From assembly GCF_000737315.1 (NCBI RefSeq), contig NZ_JMCB01000012.1, positions 124,001 through 188,000 of the forward strand: DNA of 64,000 nucleotides. The letters run 5' to 3'. Positions within the stretch are counted from its first letter, which is position 1. Each line of letters starts with the position of its first letter. The notes below the pieces were generated by a model, which did not search any database, had not been told where the DNA came from, and was given only the letters and a program-made list of their open reading frames with translations. The position numbers and the translations under genes were made by a program. Source of the stretch: Hyalangium minutum (GTDB lineage Bacteria; Myxococcota; Myxococcia; Myxococcales; Myxococcaceae). Below are positions 61,402-64,000 of this stretch, one piece after another.

Positions 61402-63567
61402 TCAGCCCTGCAGCAGCGCAACGAGCACCTTGCGCACCTCGGCCGGGCCCTTCACCCGGTACCCGGCGCGCGAGGCCTTGCCGTCCGAGTGCACGGAGAT
61501 GGCTCCCTCCGGCAGCGCGGCGAACAAATCCTCGTCCGTGCGGTCATCCCCAAAGGCCGCCACCAGTGTGCCGGGCTCCGTGCCCTCCAGCGACTGGGCT
61601 ACCACGCACCCCTTGTTCACTCCACGGGGCCGCACCTCGACCACCTTGTCCCCGGCCAGCACCTCGAGCGGGCTGCGGCCCAGCACCTCGCACAGCTTCA
61701 GGCGAAGCTCCCGCGACTGCCACGCGCCGAAGTCCGGATCCACCTGACGGTAGTGCCACGCCAGTGACGCTGTCTTCTCCTCCACGAACGAGCCCGGCAC
61801 TCGCGAGGTGAACAAGTCCAGCATCGGCCGCGCCAGCTCCTTCCACTCGGGCGCCACTCCCTCCAGCATCTTCCAAGGCGCTCCCGGAGCAGAGCGCGAC
61901 CAGAGGCCGTGCTCCGCATGGAGCCCCACCGGCAACGCGCCCATCCACTCCTCCAGCGTCTCCTTCATCCTCCCGCTGACGATGTGCACGTGGATGCCCG
62001 GCAGGGCCGCCACGCGCCCCAGCAGCTCCAGCAGCTCCGGATCCGGCACGGCCAGCTCTGGCCGTGGCGCGCTGCCCACCAGCGTCCCGTCGTAGTCCAG
62101 CAGCAGCACGCGCTGCCGCGTTCCCCTCAGCCGCTCGATCAACTCCGCGGCCGCCCCGGGCTTCGTGCTCCGCTGGGGCACAGACTGGAGCGTGTCCAGG
62201 AAGTGGCTCACCCACCAGTGCACGTCGCGGGACTTCACCTGGGCACGCAGGGCGCGCATCCGCCGGCGGCGCTCCTCCACGGGCATCTCCAGGGCATGCT
62301 CGATGGCGTCCGCCATGCCATCGATGTCGTACGGGTTGACGATGACAGCGTCACGCAGCTCCGTGGCAGCTCCAGCGAACTCGCTCAGGATGAGCACGCC
62401 GTCCTCATCCGGCCGCGCCGCGCAGAACTCCTTGGCCACCAGGTTCATCCCATCCCGGATGGGCGTCACGAGCATCACGTCCGCCGCCCGGTACAGGCCC
62501 ACCAACTGCCGCTCGTTGAAGGAGCGGTAGAGGTAATGAACGGGGACGTTGTGAACGGTGCCATACTGCCCATTGATGCGGCCCACCAGCTCGTCCACCT
62601 TGTCGCGGTAGGCGGCGTAGTCCTCCACCTGCGTGCGGCTGGGCACGGCGACCTGGACGAGCCGCAGGCGCCCACGCCAAGCCGGCTCCCGCTCCAGCAG
62701 CCGCTGCACCGCCAGGAGCCGCCGGGGGATGCCCTTGGTGTAGTCCAGCCGGTCGATGCCCAGCAGCAACCGCTGCCCGTCACTGCGCTCCTGGATGACG
62801 CTCACCTCTCCGAGCACCCCAGGGTCATGCGCCAGCCGCTCGAAGGACTCCGCGTCGATGCCCATGGGGAAGGAGCCCAGCCGCACGATGCGGCCTTCAT
62901 GGGTGACGTGGTCCATGTCCGTCTCCAGCCCGAGCACCCGCAGGAGCGCGCTGGAGAAGTGGTACGCATAGCCTGGCGTGTGGAAGCCCACCACGTCCGC
63001 GCCCAGCAGGCCGCGCAGCAGCTTCTCGCGGTGGGGCAGCGTCTGGAAGATCTCGCTCGAGGGGAACGGAATGTGGTGGAAGTAGCCAATGCGCGCCTCG
63101 GGGAGCCGCTCGCGCAGCAGGCCCGGCACCAGCATGAGCTGGTAGTCGTGGACCCAGATGGTGTCTCCGGGCTGGTAGTGGCGCGCGACCAGCTCGGCGA
63201 AGCGCTCGTTGGCCTTGGCGTAGGCGTCCCAGTCCCGGTGGTGCCGCGGCATGCGGTCCAGCAGGTAGTGGCACAGCGGCCAGAGGACACGGTTGGAGTA
63301 GCCCTCGTAGAAGCGCGCCACCTCGCTGGGGCTGAGGTACAGCGGCACGCAGCGCAGCGCGGCGAGCTGGGACTCGACCTCGGCGCGCTGGGGGCTCGAC
63401 AGACGGGAGACATCCCCAGGCCAGCCAATCCACAGGCCGCCCGAGCGCTCATGCGGCCCGCTCAGGCCTGTGGCCAGGCCGCCCGCGCTGCGGACCACGG
63501 AGACGTGCTCCTTCTCGGCCTTGACGGTGACGGGGAGACGATTGGAGACCAAGAGGAGTCGCGACAT
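61402..63567 (-). CDS. otsAB: Bifunctional trehalose-6-phosphate synthase/phosphatase (OtsA-OtsB fusion)
   Basis: [35 protein letters not shown]; C-terminal [23 protein letters not shown]. Confidence 0.93.
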   Translation of the reverse strand: MSRLLLVSNRLPVTVKAEKEHVSVVRSAGGLATGLSGPHERSGGLWIGWPGDVSRLSSPQRAEVESQLAALRCVPLYLSPSEVARFYEGYSNRVLWPLCHYLLDRMPRHHRDWDAYAKANERFAELVARHYQPGDTIWVHDYQLMLVPGLLRERLPEARIGYFHHIPFPSSEIFQTLPHREKLLRGLLGADVVGFHTPGYAYHFSSALLRVLGLETDMDHVTHEGRIVRLGSFPMGIDAESFERLAHDPGVLGEVSVIQERSDGQRLLLGIDRLDYTKGIPRRLLAVQRLLEREPAWRGRLRLVQVAVPSRTQVEDYAAYRDKVDELVGRINGQYGTVHNVPVHYLYRSFNERQLVGLYRAADVMLVTPIRDGMNLVAKEFCAARPDEDGVLILSEFAGAATELRDAVIVNPYDIDGMADAIEHALEMPVEERRRRMRALRAQVKSRDVHWWVSHFLDTLQSVPQRSTKPGAAAELIERLRGTRQRVLLLDYDGTLVGSAPRPELAVPDPELLELLGRVAALPGIHVHIVSGRMKETLEEWMGALPVGLHAEHGLWSRSAPGAPWKMLEGVAPEWKELARPMLDLFTSRVPGSFVEEKTASLAWHYRQVDPDFGAWQSRELRLKLCEVLGRSPLEVLAGDKVVEVRPRGVNKGCVVAQSLEGTEPGTLVAAFGDDRTDEDLFAALPEGAISVHSDGKASRAGYRVKGPAEVRKVLVALLQG

Positions 63568-63581
63568 AGGCAACCCTCCAC

Positions 63582-64000
63582 TTAGTCAGAGGGACGCGCC
63601 ATGGCTACCGAAGAAGGTGTCACGGTGCCTCGTGGCGAACCTTCGCTCGTCCTGGAGGCCCACCCCAGCCGGGCCAGGAGTGCCGGGTCCCGGCTCGGCT
63701 TCCAGACGAAGGCATCCAGCAGATAATGGGTGGCCTGGGGGAGTGCCAACAGCGGCACCACGAGGGCCAGCAGGTCCGGTTCCAGGGTGAAGCCACTCGC
63801 GCCGAAGAGGACGGGGCGGTCGTGCCAGACGAGCCGGTCCCACAGCAGCTCCTCGCCGAAGGCCAGGGCGGCCAGGAACAGGAGGAAGGCGGGCAGGCCT
63901 GCGCGCACCAACGGAGCCAGCGGGCCGTATCCCCCCTCGGCGTAGCGGCCGCGGGCGTAGCGGAACAGAAGCGCGAAGTACGGCACACCGTGGAGGACGA
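63582..64000 (-). CDS. Polytopic membrane protein, 5' end outside the window
   Basis: Hydrophobic helices and THYLLDAFVWK motif; the frame is open toward the window edge. Confidence 0.65.
   Translation of the reverse strand, partial: VLHGVPYFALLFRYARGRYAEGGYGPLAPLVRAGLPAFLLFLAALAFGEELLWDRLVWHDRPVLFGASGFTLEPDLLALVVPLLALPQATHYLLDAFVWKPSRDPALLARLGWASRTSEGSPRGTVTPSSVAMARPSD

Overview
GC-rich myxobacterial chromosome segment, probably Myxococcaceae/Archangiaceae (inferred from gene content: Kelch lipoproteins, many sigma54 activators, Cys-rich lipoproteins). About 50 CDS. I saw no rRNA, tRNA, CRISPR array, prophage or IS element. The housekeeping backbone includes pckG, bioB-bioF-bioD under a clear BirA operator, radA, three K+/H+ antiporters, proA-rsfS-rlmH, gpmI and a trehalose synthase/phosphatase fusion. 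The central locus matches the gene order I recall for the Myxococcus A-signal sasS...sasR-sasN region. Accessory inserts include tandem 7-blade Kelch lipoproteins, three P450s, an orphan ADOP permease, a Clp-N fusion and a PrfH-type RtcB ligase without prfH. The best candidates for undescribed systems are: (i) a possible trans-envelope module of SasS/SasR, a sigma54-driven secreted SasN, a lipoprotein and an outer-membrane barrel; (ii) an rsfS(extended)-rlmH(CTG start)-orphan RtcB2 ribosome-stress cluster; (iii) a kinase-less sigma54 cascade (activator, enhancer, receiver, Hpt, pseudo-receiver); (iv) a bio operon lacking bioA/bioC/bioH, flanked by a P450 and an aminotransferase. Products were called by reading motifs by eye, and no database searches were run.
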